Below are positions 1-14,940 of a DNA stretch of 64,000 nt, in pieces. The stretch is from the human T2T-CHM13v2.0 reference genome, Homo sapiens. The translations under genes were made by a program, and so were the position numbers. The stretch lies in the NCBI RefSeq assembly GCF_009914755.1, contig NC_060929.1, one strand, 5' to 3'. The first letter of the stretch is position 1; the number at the start of each line of letters is the position of its first letter. The notes under the pieces are model-generated. The model saw only the letters and a list, made by a program, of their open reading frames with translations. It was not told where the DNA came from and did not search any database.

Positions 1-1000
1 AAGTGTAGGGTATCTCCTCACTATAACTCAATTGTGTTCAGGAGGTTTTAGCTAATGCAATCAGATAGAATTAAGTGACTGATATAAACTGAAAGAGAGA
101 TAAAAGCAGTATCACTCTTTGCAGATAATAAGATTTTACTCCTAGAAAATGCAGGGGGTAAAACTAAAAGAAAACCTTTTAGAACTAATTTTCCTTTCAA
201 AAATTTCACAGGAAGGTGTCACTGTGTAAGTAGTGACTTTGAAACCCTCAACAGCTTTCCTCTATGCTAGTAGTAACTATTTAGAAATTAAAATGGTAAA
301 AGTTTCTATTCATGACAGCTACTAAAAGTACAAATGGCCAAAAATAAATTTATCAAGGAAAATACAAGAGTAGAATGTATATTTCAATATTAATATTTTA
401 CTGAAGACATAAAATAAGATTCCAGTAAATGGAGACATGTCATATTCCTGTATGGGAAGACTCAACATCACAAAAGCTTCTCAAATCAATGTATAAATTT
501 AATGCAATTCCAATCAGAATTCTAATGGATTGTTTATATATTCTGGTCCTGCTTTTGAAACTGAATAAGTTGATTATAAATTTCATAGGGATGAATTACC
601 TTGATAATTTCTGAGAATGTTTTGGGAAATTATTTTTCAGATATTTAAGTGTATGTTAGAGCTACTCTAGTCAAAACTATATATTACTAGTATAGGAACA
701 GACAAGTTGATGACCAAAACAGAACATAGAGTCCATTAACCAATCCCAAAATACGTGTTTTATTATGGTAAATGATACTTGAACAAATAGCTAATAGTTT
801 ACAAGAAAAAATATGCATTTATGCTAAATTAAAAAATAATTTTTGGCTAGATTAAAGATCTAGTGAAAAGATAAAATCCATTTAATGTTATAGTAAAATA
901 TAGGAGTTATGTTTTTGTTGTTCAGCCAAGTGGGGAAGGTAATTCTCACTAAATCTGATAACCTGGAAGACATGCAAAAAAACAAAAGAAAAAAAACTCA
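1..1000 (+). mobile_element. Old L1M-type LINE, degenerate ORF2 (RT/C-terminal) fragment
   Basis: ORF 429..614 contains [11 protein letters not shown], matching the L1 ORF2 motif [12 protein letters not shown]; surrounding sequence is A-rich and L1-like. Confidence 0.75.
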
Positions 1001-1174
1001 CCAGATCTCTTTGATTATATATTAACCCCACCATATGATAGGTTAGGATATAAGACCTATAAGTGGGAATAAGTAACTCATGCAAGATCACTGGACTTGG
1101 CAGAGAGACAGAATAAAGGGCTAATCAGATGGTCAGAGTGTTTAAGTGGTATGAGCTACACACTTTTCTCTTTC

Positions 1175-1350
1175 CCAGTCGTTCATAAACTTTAATGAAC
1201 ATTAAAAACCACCTGGAGTGCTCATTAAAATTTACCTGACTCCCACTCCCAGTTTCTAATTTAATAGATCAGATTAGGGACTGAAAATTTGCATTTTTAA
1301 TAAGTTCATAGGTAATGTCCATGCTGCAGAGTGTAGCATCACTTGGAGTA
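1175..1350. mobile_element. MER5-like hAT-Charlie MITE
   Basis: Motifs 'ccacctggagtgctcattaaaa' and 'tttgcatttttaataagttcataggtaatgtccatgctgc' resemble the MER5 consensus. Confidence 0.65.
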
Positions 1351-1394
1351 ATAATTTGCTATGCAACTTCCTTCAACAAAAAATCATGCTGCAT

Positions 1395-1397
1395 ACA

Positions 1398-1451
<54 letters not shown>
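1395..1451. repeat. (CA)n microsatellite
   Basis: Directly visible; source of the HTHTHT ORF. Confidence 0.98.
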
Positions 1452-1453
<2 letters not shown>

Positions 1454-3422
1454 AGCTTGGATGTCATCAAAGAGCATACATTTTATGCCGAGTTATTTTA
1501 GGGGTACATCCATGTTATGGGCTAGGGAAAACTTAGTCTGAGGGGTGAACAGGTAGAAGGGTCAATGTCAAATTCCATCAGGGAGAGAAGTATCAGGTCA
1601 GGTTGAGATTACATAAAAACAACATAATTAAGACATTTCATTTATCAAAAGAAAGTTATAGGATATTAGTGAAAATGGCAGTGCAATGACGTTCAAAAAT
1701 CTCTTCTCCATAAAAGTGATGAGAAAACTGGTAAAAGTTGTTGGAAACAAATTTTTCTGAACTCTGGAAATTAACCAAGGCTTGGAATAACCTGGAGAGG
1801 GTTCATTCAAGAAAAAATGGCTGAATTTCAGGAAGGCCAGTGAGCTTAGGGCATTTTAATAGTCTCATTCCCTGCTCTCCAGGTGCACAGTAATCTTGTA
1901 AAATAAAACTCTGCATTCCTATTGCAGCCTGGCAGAACCCCCAGAGGTAACAGAATGAAGCTGGAGATCTTACAAAGCTCCACTTCCAAATAATTGCCCT
2001 TTAAAAAGAAACCTATTTCATGGTTTCCTGGACCGTTCCCACTTACAAGGCTGTCTGTATCTGACCTGACTTAGAGACTGCCCAATACAAAAAGCCTTCT
2101 CCCCAAGGAACATTTGTTGAGAACAATTAATAGGCACATATTTTAACTTTGTAACTGCTTGAGGTGGTGAATAGCAGTTGAAACAACCAATAGGCTAGCC
2201 AAAAAAGCTGTAAAAGAAAAGCTGGGGCATGAGATAGTCCTAGGACTTAGAAAATCCTGACCTATTCCTGGGAATCTAGAAGGTCATGTGTATGTCAATA
2301 TTGGCCACATGCTCCAGGCTGTGTGCATGCTGAGGAAAGACCTGAGAAGGTCCTATGCTCTCACCTCTCGCTGACCTTGAGGCTCTGTGAAAGCAGAAAG
2401 GGAAAGCTAGGCAATATTGTCAACTGCCTGACTGAGTGTTGAAGAAGTGTTCTAACACATGAATATAGCTCCTTGGCAGAAACAGAAAGATTTATTGGTT
2501 CCAGACATTTGAGGAAACCTCTATCTAATCATTAGCTACAGAGACTTCAGTAGCCACACATGGAAAATAATACAGATTTTGCAGAATTAGTTTAGAAAAA
2601 TCCCTAAATAAACAAAAATAACTAACAACTACAAGCAGCAATAGCTATAAACCTGGAGTGGGGAGGATCTAATTTTCATGATTGTCAAATTATATTATTT
2701 TAAATGTCTAGTTTCCAACAAAAATTGTGAGACATGCAAAGATACAAGAAAGCATGGTTTATATGCAGTTGGAAAGACAAGCAATCAGTAGAAATTGTCT
2801 CTGAAGAACCCCAAACGTTGGACTTACTAAAGAAATACTTTAAATAAGCTGTTTTGTTCAAAGAGCTAAAAGAAACAATGTGTCTTTGCTTGAACATTTT
2901 TGAATATGTTCAAAGAGCCAAAAGAGACAATGTCTAAAGAACTAAGGAAAAGTATGATGTGTCAGCAAATAGAGAATATTAATAAAGAAATAGGACTTTT
3001 ATTTGGAAAAATCAAATAGAAATTCTGCAGTTAAAAAGTACAATTAATGATATGAAAAATTCACTAGAGGGCTCAACAGCAGAGATGAGCAGGCAGAAGA
3101 TAGAATAAATGAACTTGAATATAGTGAATAGAGATTATGAAGTATGAAGAACGGAAAGAAAACAGAACAAAGAAAAATGAACAGAGCCTCAGAGATCTGT
3201 GGAACACCGTTAAGATTACCAACAACATATGAATAATGGGAAACTCAGAAGAACTGGAGAGAAATAAAGGGGCAGAAAGAATATTTGAAGAAATAATGGC
3301 TGAAAACCTTTCCAATTCGATAGAAAACATTTAGCTACACAGCCAAGTAGCTCAGTGAATTGCAAGCAAGATAAACTCAAAGAGATCCACAAGTATTCAT
3401 AATCAACCTGCCAGAACCCAAA

Positions 3423-3566
3423 TACAAAGAGATAATCTTGAGAGCATCAAGAGAGAAGCAACTGATCATGTACAAGGAATTCTTATTTAGATTACAAAGA
3501 GATAATCTTGAGAGCATCAAGAGAGAAGCGATTGATCATGTACAAGGAATTCTTATTTAGATTACA
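3423..3566 (+). repeat. 70-bp tandem duplication within L1
   Basis: Units start at 3423 and 3493 and differ at 2 positions. Confidence 0.95.
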
Positions 3567-3745
3567 GCTGATTTCTAATCAGAAACCACAGAGAACAGAA
3601 GGTAATAGGATGACATATTCAAGGTGCTGAGAGAAAAGAAAATGTCTACCAAGAATTCTATATATCGCAAAGCTATGCTTCAAAGATAAAGGAGAAATTA
3701 ATATTTTTCCATCTTTAGGAAAGCTTTGTATAGCCACCATGGCTC

Positions 3746-4092
3746 TGATCTCATCTTGAATTGTACTGTCATAATTCCCACATGTTGTGGGAGGGGCCCA
3801 GTGGGAGATAATTGAATCACGGGGGTGGTTTCCCTCATACTGTTTTCATGGTAGTGAATAAGTCTCACGAGATCTGATGGTTTTATCAGGAATTTCCACT
3901 TTTGTGTCTTTCTCATTCTCTCTTTGCCTGCTGCCAGCCATGTAAGATGGGACTTGCTCCTCCTTCCCTTCCACCATGATTGTGAGGATTCCCTACCCAT
4001 GTGGGACTGTAAGTACAATTAAACCTCTTTCTTTTGTAAGTTGCCCAGTCATGGGTATGTCTGTATCAGCAGCATGAAAACAGACTAATACA
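3746..4092 (+). mobile_element. THE1 (MaLR) solo LTR
   Basis: tgat...ctaataca termini; 'atctcatcttgaattgta...cccacatgttgtgggaggg'; 'attaaacctcttt'; flanked by GGCTC/GACTC. Confidence 0.9.
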
Positions 4093-4400
<308 letters not shown>

Positions 4401-5728
4401 ACCAAGATAATTAGTCACTGGTAGACTTACCTTACTAGAAATACTAAAGGAAGTCCTTCAGGCAGAAATGAAGAAACACTAGGCAGTAACTTGGATTCAC
4501 GTGAAGAAATAAAAGAGCGACAGTTAAGGTAATAACACAGGTAAATACAAATGACACAATCATTGTAAGTTTTATTTGTAACTCTTTTCTCTGATCTAAT
4601 TTAAATGACAACTGAATAAACAATTATAAATCTGTTGATGTATAAACAATGGATAAGGATGTCACTTGTGATAATAACAGCACAAAAAAGGGGCAGACAA
4701 TGAAGAGCAAAGTCTTGTGCACTGTTGAAATGAAATTGGTATGAATCTGAACTAGTTTGTTATAAATTAAGATGTGACTTGTAATCCCCAGAACAATTTA
4801 TATGAAAATCACTATAAATATATGGTAAAATACATGAAAAGAAAATTAAATGATACACTAGAGTATATTTAACAAAAGAAGGCAGGAGTAAAGGAACAAA
4901 AAAGACATGAACATGTAGAAAAAAATAGTGAAATGTCAGACTTAAAGACAAGGTGAACATTCTTGTCTGTGGTACAAGGACTGAGATGGATTGATGCAAA
5001 CAACAGCTTGCCAATACCAGGAGATCAATAGGAGTGAGGAAGGAGCAGGAGAGAAATACTCCTAGAAGCAAATCCATGGTGGTAAATCCTGTACCCTCGA
5101 CCCCACCAGGTAGTCCCATTTGTCCGCCCTGCAGGCTCTTGAGCTGTTCCTACCTGCTCCAGGGTTGGCTCCCACTCAGTAGTGGGTTTACCATAACAAG
5201 AATGAAGCTTACAGTAGGAGACTTCCTTCAGAGATTCAGGGATGTGGCAGATTCAGTCACTGGCCAGGTACATGGAGCTCTGCCCCAGCCCAGTAGTCAC
5301 CATTACATTTTGCTGGTGAGAGGCTACAGGAAAGGCCAGAGCACTGGCAGCATTGCCTTGCATCTTGCAGCCCCAGTGGCAGCCTGCCCCTTTTGGACCG
5401 ATGGGGCATCCCGAGCCTGTGACTGACTTCATGGAGATGGATCTGAAGGATGCTGCTCTTCTCCCTGCTTGGGGTGGACCACTCCTGCAAGAGTGAGAAG
5501 GTTAGGGCGAGGGTGTGGGAAACTGGAGGGTCACATCCTGAGAGATTGGAAAATTAAAGGCCCAAGCTGTCTGAGGGCTTGGCCTAATTCTCCATCTCCC
5601 CCAACCCCCTAGAGCCTCTGCTCCCACTAGAGGCTCTGAGGGCTTCCTTTGACTCTGCACCCCTCTCTAGTCCCCAAAGAAGAACCCGCTGAGCAAGAAA
5701 CTGCACAGAAAGTCACCATTGTGGATTA

Positions 5729-6135
5729 CCAGTTATGAGAGGCAAAACTGAAAGAAGCTTTTCTAAACTATCAATAATAACAAAAATTCTGTCAACACTG
5801 CTAGAGGAAAGATGGAATTAGCTTTCTATTCTCTCTGCAGAAAATGACATTACAAAACCGTTGTCATAGGAAGAGGCAATAAAAGAATATGCAGGAAAAA
5901 AAAAAAACACAGAGAAATGAGTATTACCGATTTGTGTCAGGCAGTCAATGACAACTGCTAACAATTTCATGTTATTTTTCTGGATTTAAGGTATCTATGA
6001 TATTTGGTAGCTTTTTAGTATTTAAATTTGCACGATTTTTTTCTTGTTCATTATCTAATTCTGTATTCTTTTTTTTTGTCTAAAGTGGCTTACAAATTGC
6101 ATAAGCTTTAGACCGCAAACACCTCCAGCTGGGCC
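5729..6135 (+). mobile_element. hAT (Tip100/Zaphod-like) transposon fossil with transposase dimerization-domain remnant
   Basis: Manual translation from 5729: PVMRGKTERSFSKLSIITKILSTLLEERWN*LSILSAENDITKPLS*EEAIKEYA, containing the hAT ERSFSxL motif. Confidence 0.75.
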
Positions 6136-6351
6136 TCTACCCACTGCTGATAGACGACCCCCAAAGAGGCCACAGGGGAAAGCAGGCCTCTCGTCTCAGC
6201 AGAATCTCTCAGTTTCTTGTTATGTGGTTGGTCAGTATAATCACTTTTAATTTAAAAAACATTGTACCTCATCTGTTTTGTCTCCTTTGTAGTCACACAT
6301 ATAATTTGTTTTTGTCTTCCTTTTCTTCATTTAAAAGCCTTATCAGAAGAG

Positions 6352-6546
6352 TATTATTTTTATTTATTTATTTATTTTTTTGAGACGGAGTCTCGCTCTG
6401 TCGCCCAGGCTGGAGTGCAGTGGTGTGATCCGGCTCACTGCAGGCTCCGCCTCCCGGGTTCACGCCGTTCTCCTGCCTCAGCCTCCCAAGTAGCTGGGAC
6501 TACAGGCGCCCGCCACCAAGCCCGGCTAATTTTTTGTATTTTTAGT
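6352..6546 (-). mobile_element. 5'-truncated AluY (right arm plus linker)
   Basis: CpG-rich 'gagacggagtctcgctctgtcgcccagg...gggttcacgcc', ending at the central linker. Confidence 0.92.
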
Positions 6547-6759
6547 TTATTTTATGAGATTTTCTTTAAAAAATGTTTTGCTTTTGTAGATTTTGTTTCT
6601 TTGTTATCTAATTCAATTTCTACTATTATCCTCTTTTACTCTTTCTGCCAAAAAATACAGACCAGATTTTAAACATCAAAACAAAAAGCTATGGCTACAG
6701 TAAGGATGAAGGCCAAGTCTTCACTCCCATGGCAATTTTCTCCTAGCTAAGGCGAGGTA

Positions 6760-7075
6760 TAAAACAAATTAATAACTGAATGTATAATTTATTGTCAGGT
6801 AGTGATTGGTACTGTGAAGAAAAATACATGTAGGTAAGTGGATATGGAATGATGGAGGTGGCATCTGCTTTAGATGGGATGGTCAGGGAAGGACTTTCAA
6901 GAAAGTGATATCTGAGCAGAGACCTGAGTAGGTAAGGAAGAGAGCAACACTGTGTGTGTTCTGGGCAAAGGGAGAGCAAGTGCAAAGGCCCTGAGGTAGA
7001 AATGGGATTGGAGTGTCGTAGTACTTGCAAGAAGGGCACTGTGTGCCATGCAGATCAAGTAAGGAAAGCAGAGAG
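6760..7075 (-). mobile_element. L2 fragment
   Basis: 'ggtcagggaaggacttt...tctgagcagagacctgag...aagtgcaaaggccctgagg'. Confidence 0.75.
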
Positions 7076-7499
7076 AGAGGTTCCAGAGCTCAGATCTTAT
7101 TTAACCCTATTAACTATAGGGAGAGTACCATTTTTATTCTAAATAAGAAAGCAAGACAACAGAGAGTGTGGGGCTGGAGAGCGCTGAGGCAGATTGACGT
7201 ATAAATCTACAACAACTGCTGGTAGGAAAACCTCCCTTCCATTTGATTCCACTTCTCAGAACTTGCTTGTTGGCCCCAGAAGCACAAAGGAGCTGGGTCC
7301 CACCAGGAACAGCTGGGCAGCAGTGAATGCTGGAAAATGAGAGAGGAAGAGACAGATGGATGAGGATTAGAGGAATCCTCCAACGGGTCCAGCTTTGAAT
7401 GAGGCAGAAAGTGTGAAGGTGAATGGAGAGTCACTGACACAGGGACAAGTTCTAAGACTTGGAAAAGGAGGCAGAAAACACAGCAGAAGTTAGAAGGAG

Positions 7500-8830
<1,331 letters not shown>

Positions 8831-8920
8831 TCTGGTAAAGATTTATATTTACATTTTAACTCAGCTGGCTACCCTAGTCCTACTAGCATTACAGTGAGAA
8901 ACAATTTAAAAACAAAGTCA

Positions 8921-9015
8921 CCCAGTTCCACTAGCATCCCTCCTTACACCAACATTCCCTGTTCCACCAGCCTCCCTCCTTACACCAGCATTCCCTGTTC
9001 CACTAGTACTCCTTG
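8921..9015. repeat. 36-bp minisatellite (18-bp subunits), about 2.5 copies
   Basis: cccagttccactagcatccctccttacaccaacatt / ccctgttccaccagcctccctccttacaccagcatt / ccctgttccactag. Confidence 0.9.
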
Positions 9016-9967
9016 CACACAAGCTCTCCTCCTGACTCCTTTTTCTCGTAGCTTATAGAGTGGCCTGAGAGTAATTAATCTCTGGCTCTGAGCACAGTGA
9101 GGCTCAGCAGGCTCCAATCACATAAGGCACAGTCCCTAAGGCTTGCTTCTATCTCTCCTCAGGGGAGGGCTGTCCCCAGCTCCTAGAGCGGCCCCTTGTG
9201 TCTTCTCACACACACAGGGAGGAAGGAGATGAAGGAATGACACTCCTCTTAGAGAGCCTGCCTATTTGGCTTGACCTTTCCCTACATCTGTCTAAAGTAC
9301 TGATGGATGGCCGTACTGGAGACACTGTTAGACTCTCTTCAGAAGACTGTCTGGACCACCAGTGACCCTTAACACAGACAAGCATATGCTGTGGAAGAGT
9401 AGCTTCTAGACTTTTCTTCTTCCTCTGCAGCCACCCCCATTTAGTACATGCCACCAGAAGGCAATCAGGGTATCAAATCATTCTGTTTGAGCTTTGAAAA
9501 CAGTGCTTTTTAAAACTATGAATACAAGGAAGAGGTACACTTCTTAATCCCCATAGACCGTTGATCTTCCCTTGAGATTTCTGTTCAAATGTCACTGTGA
9601 ATTTTCTACTCCCTAAATTTATTAAACCAACAGCATCCCAGCACACATGTACATACTCGGTATTATTGAAATGCTGTCACTTTGGGGATAGAGCAGCTGT
9701 TTCTTACAGGCAGTAAACAATGGTTTTGAACAGGAAGCAGGAGAAAACATGTCCGGAGAAAACTTTCTGGGAGAAAAACAAACATTGACTAAGTTTGATT
9801 CTGGTCAAGTGACACAGTTTTATCTAGAAAGTGATATCGCAGAAACTCCATGTTCTAATATTTAATTATATGATTAATACAATGGTCACAGATTACTTAA
9901 TTATAAAATTGTTAGTCTGCATATTTACTGGTCCATTTGTAAAGTAAAATAAATGAGTTCCTCTATC

Positions 9968-10208
9968 ACTGTCGTTCTCAAAGGCAGGGGTAGGGTGGGG
10001 TGGGGGGAGCAATTTTGCCTGCCAGGGACATTTGACGATGTCTGGAGGCATTTTTTAATTGTGACAACTGGGAGGGTGCTACTGGCATCTAGTGGCTAGA
10101 GACCAGGGATATTGCTCAGCATCCTACAATGCTCAGGACAGCCCCTGCCACTGCTCCCATCAAAACAAAGAATGACCAGCCCCAAATGTAAATCGTATCG
10201 AGAGAAAA
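9968..10208 (+). mobile_element. MER20 hAT MITE
   Basis: 'cagggacatttgacgatgtctggaggcatttt...gctactggcatctagtgg...catcctacaatg'. Confidence 0.88.
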
Positions 10209-10889
10209 GTGATCAAGAACAATTAGGAAAGGCATCTCCTACATGTTCTCTCTGATTTTCTCCCAGTTTAATGCAAGCAGAAAAACGTTGACCTATGCCC
10301 AGAAGGACACTCGTGACGCAGGAAAAATGGAACCCTAGGAAGCAGGAATCATTGCCCTGCTGATGGGAAGGTCCTGGGAACATGGAGTATTAGAACTATG
10401 TTTATGGGGGCCTAGTCCAGTCCCTCATCCCAGGTCTTGTTCCCTCCATGTCATGACTTCAGTGCCCTCCACACTGTAAAATTCACCAGTGAACGGCACG
10501 TGAAAACTTCCAGGCTTTCTGTGGGTCGGAGCATGGGCGCATGTCCCAAGTGCTGTTGAACCCTGGTCTCGGGTCGGCTCAGCTCAAGCTGCTGTTACCA
10601 CAGCTCCATCTTCAGCTCCTTAACATGCTCTTCCTCTCTACCTCCTTTCTTCTTTTCTTCTCCTGGTTAAGTTTAAGAACCTGCAGTCCCATCCACCCCT
10701 GCTCCAGGAAAACCTCAGCAACACTTCTCTGGTCTACTCAATCCCTCCTTTCCTAGGGGCTCCTTCTCTTCATCTGTGATCTCCCAGGAAGCAAAGGTTC
10801 CCTTGAACCCATCTACCATCCTCTTCCCAAGCCTCCAACTCACCTTCTTGCAAACATGGTTTCAGCTATCTCCTCTGTCATTGATAATA

Positions 10890-11110
10890 ATGTGTGTCAC
10901 ACACTGTGCTAAGAATTTGACCCTCAATACCCTTAGGAGGTCAACATTGCTATTCAGCCCATGGTACAGATGAGTTTGAAGACCTAGGTTCAAACCGTGG
11001 CTGTGGCAGTCACTCAGCCTCTGAGTCTCAGATTCCCTATTTGTAATGGGACCAATAACATCTTCCTTGGGACTCAGGGTTTTAAAATATAAAGATCAAG
11101 TGAATTAAAG
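10890..11110. mobile_element. MIR fragments
   Basis: MIR core-like 'ctctgagtctcagattccctatttgtaatggg' and 'tacagatgag'. Confidence 0.6.
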
Positions 11111-12560
11111 CACATTATCATCATCATCACCACGAGTGCTTTAATGTATTATTGATTCAATATTAATTTCTAAAGAAACCAAATAAGGAGACAAGGTATA
11201 ATCATTTAACATATTCCTGACTTTCTATCTGTGTCAAGACTTTGAAGAAATCACACACAGGGTCTGTTTCCCTATGCCCAGCCCAGCAACGACAAGCCCT
11301 CAGGGCAGGGACTGTGCAATCTGATCACCTGAGCCAGAATCCTGATGGCTGAGTGATTGCAGGCAAATTATACCTTCCAGTAACCCTGTCTTCTTATCTG
11401 GAACCTGAGGATGAAAATAAGGATGCCCTCCATGCTGTTTGGAAATTCATTCAATTAATCTTTGCGATGAGCTGAGGACAGAGCCCAAACCATATTACAC
11501 ACAAGGTATGTTGCCAATCTTACCACACCTCCAGGGAGGACTTGCAGTAAGTAACATCGCTCTCTGAAACACCCATGCTTATGGCTATGAGCCATCTCTG
11601 TCTGCTGTAAGCCGCCCCCAAGTCTCTGGCCTCTGCTCTGCCTCTTGGAGTATTTCTGTCTCCTTCCATGGCCACCCTGGCCAGCATGCACTGGCATCCC
11701 CCATGTGCCAAGCTGCATGCCAAGGGCAGATGTGGAAGGTCCAGTGACTTGGGTAATCTTGGCAGGACACAGTGGGTGCAGAATCTTTCACATGCTCATT
11801 TTGTAGGTCTCTAACTTGCTGAGGTTTATTGAGAAAACTTAAAAGCTAATTAGGTTCTATGTCAGGTCCTAAGAAAAAGGCTTAAAAAATGAAGATGAAA
11901 AGCAAAAGTTACTGGATAATTATTTTAAGAGAGAGATTTGCAAATTAAAGTCTCTCTCTTTGCATCTATTAAATTAGCAAATGTTAAAGAATAAGATATT
12001 AACCAGCAGTGTTGGCCAGGATATAAAACACCAGCACATTGGTGCACAGCTAGTGGAAATGCAAATCCATACAATTCCAATAAAAATAAATTTGCCACTG
12101 TATTTCATAGCCACTGATCCAGTAATCCTCATTCTCAGAACCTTTCTTAGAGAAATTGTAAAGAGTAAGAAAAAAATCCACAAAGGTGCCCACTACATAT
12201 TATACATAATAGTAAAAATGGGAACAAACTCAATGCCCCTAAATAAGGAAGCTGATAAGTAAATCTATTAATTCATATTTTCAACAAATATTTATAAATT
12301 GCTCCATTTCTGAGTTCTCTGCTATATCAGCTCAATAAAATATCTTGTAGTCAGTAAAATCATCAATAATAAAATATGTAACATAAGAAGTGAAATGAAA
12401 TTCATAAAAATACACTTTTGCCATGATTATAATGATGCCAAAATTAAATATTTTTATTTGCAGTGTTTGGGAACATGGACAAATCAAAATTGCTCATTTA
12501 TTAAGATGGTGAATTCTAGATTATTTTCTTCTCCACTACTTGTTATTCATTATTACATTA

Positions 12561-13107
<547 letters not shown>

Positions 13108-13148
13108 TTATTTTTGCTCTCTCAAATACGATTTAAAACCCCAAAGAG

Positions 13149-13252
13149 AACACACTGGAGAGTCATTTCACAAGAAGTCCATCTATTCATTTCACAAGAA
13201 ATGACTCTCCAAACACGTTGGAGAGTCATTTCACAAGAAGTCCATTCTATTC
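13149..13252. repeat. Complex direct-plus-inverted local duplication
   Basis: ~40-bp direct repeat with 63-bp period and a 15-bp perfect inverted repeat at 13198..13232. Confidence 0.9.
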
Positions 13253-13790
13253 CTATAAAAGCAGGGAGATAGCCATTCATCCTTGGGATCCCTCTGGGAA
13301 TTCTTTAGAAGCAGTGAGGCTCAGGCCTATAACTGACAAGCTCTGCTCCGCACATTCCAGTGGATCTGGGTGCAAAAGCTGACCAAGCGGCTGCGATTTG
13401 CAGGGGTGGAAACCTGGAATGTAACAAAATACAAAGCATGGGAAAAATGTGTGGCATTTTCAGTTTAAGTTGGCCAGCTGAGCTAGCTGAACTAAGCCCT
13501 GGCTAAACTCATACGTGGGCAAGGGCAGCTATCACCAAAGATAAGCCCTCTGAGAGTGCCTTAGAGGGTTTATAGCTATAGATATGGAAACCAGTCCCAC
13601 CCGAAAAGACATTTTTATTTTTAACATTCTGGAAGCATGCCATCTGTAATCAGTTTGCTCACTCTGAATGAGCTCGAATGATTCAATCAGTCTTTAAAAT
13701 TCTTTACTACAGGCAATCAAGCACAACTTTGATGCCCCGAGGGGTTAGAGTTTCTATTCCCTGATCATTTGCTCCAAGCACCTTCTGTTC

Positions 13791-13877
13791 AAAAAAAAAA
13801 AAAAAAGAAAAAGAAAAAAAGAAAGAAAGAAAAAAGAACAAAAAAAAGAAAGAAAAAAGAAAAGAAAAGAAAAGAAA
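13791..13877. repeat. A-rich/(GAAA)n low-complexity tract
   Basis: Directly visible. Confidence 0.95.
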
Positions 13878-14113
13878 TATGCTTTTTAGGTTTGAGTTTG
13901 ACCCTTAAGATGAGTTTCAAAGTAAACTCTTTTTAAAGACAATGTCCATGGACTTGGGTTTTTTTTGTTTGTTTGTTTGTTTGTTTTGCTGTATTTCAAT
14001 CACTGCACGTGCTTGTGTTCAATGGCCTGTAAAATGTCTTGTGTACTCTGAAAGGAGAAGGAGTTCATATTGGAATGGCAATTGTCTATTTGGATTCTAA
14101 AAGTATCTGGGTG

Positions 14114-14165
14114 CACAGTATTTATCTGTTAGCCTAAACACAGTATTTATCTGTTAACCTAAACA
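14114..14165. repeat. 25-bp tandem duplication
   Basis: cacagtatttatctgttaRcctaaa twice. Confidence 0.92.
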
Positions 14166-14317
14166 TAATCTGATTGTAATGGGGAAGACTAATTGAGGTT
14201 TAATCATGAGTTCATTCACAATGGAGATTCGGTCACCTGTGTTTTCCCCATGAACAGGACCAGAATATCCTGGTAGAAGTACACCTGGTTCTGCTCCTTT
14301 TCTTTTTTGGTAGAATT

Positions 14318-14940
14318 TTTTTTTTATTGTGGCTATATATATATATATGTTATATATTGTGTATACATATACATATAATAACATTTACCATTTTAGTGTA
14401 TAAGTCAGTGGCCCTCAGTTGTGTAACTATCACTACTATTTCTGGAAGGTTTTCACCATTCCAAACAGAAATTCTCTATCCATTAAGCGATCACTCCCCA
14501 TTTCCCCTGCCCCCTAGCCCCTTGTAACTTCTATTCTGCTTTTTGTCTCTCTCTGATTTTGCCCTCTATGTGGGATGGTACAGTATTTGTCCTTTGTGCG
14601 TGGCTTATTTCTTTCAGCATCATGTCCTTAGGGTTTATCCATGTCGTGACATGTATACAAACTTCATTCCTGTTTAAGGAGTATTCCATTGTATTAACAT
14701 GCACTTTGTCTCCGCATTTATCTGTTGGTGGACATTTGTTTTATTTCCACCTTTTGACTATTGTGAATAATGCTGCTATGAACACGGGTGCACATCTATC
14801 TGTTCCAGTTCCTGTTTTCAGTTCTCTTGGGTGCATATCTAGGAATGGAATTGCTGAGTAATGTAGTCATTCTATGTTTAACTTATTGGGGAACTGCCAA
14901 GCTACTTTCCATAGTGACTGCATCATTTTACATTCCCACA
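14318..14940 (-). mobile_element. L1MB-like 3' end
   Basis: 'ttgtgaataatgctgctatgaaca', 'aggaatggaattgctg', 'catcattttacattcccac'. Confidence 0.85.

Noticed and set aside
5034-5426. 130-aa ORF and overlapping ORFs in a GC-richer unique patch
   Set aside because: Non-ATG (GTG) start, no recognisable domain, and ORFs on both strands as expected by chance.
9985-10007. G-quadruplex-like ggggtagggtggggtggggg
   Set aside because: Lies within the G-rich end of MER20 with no functional context.
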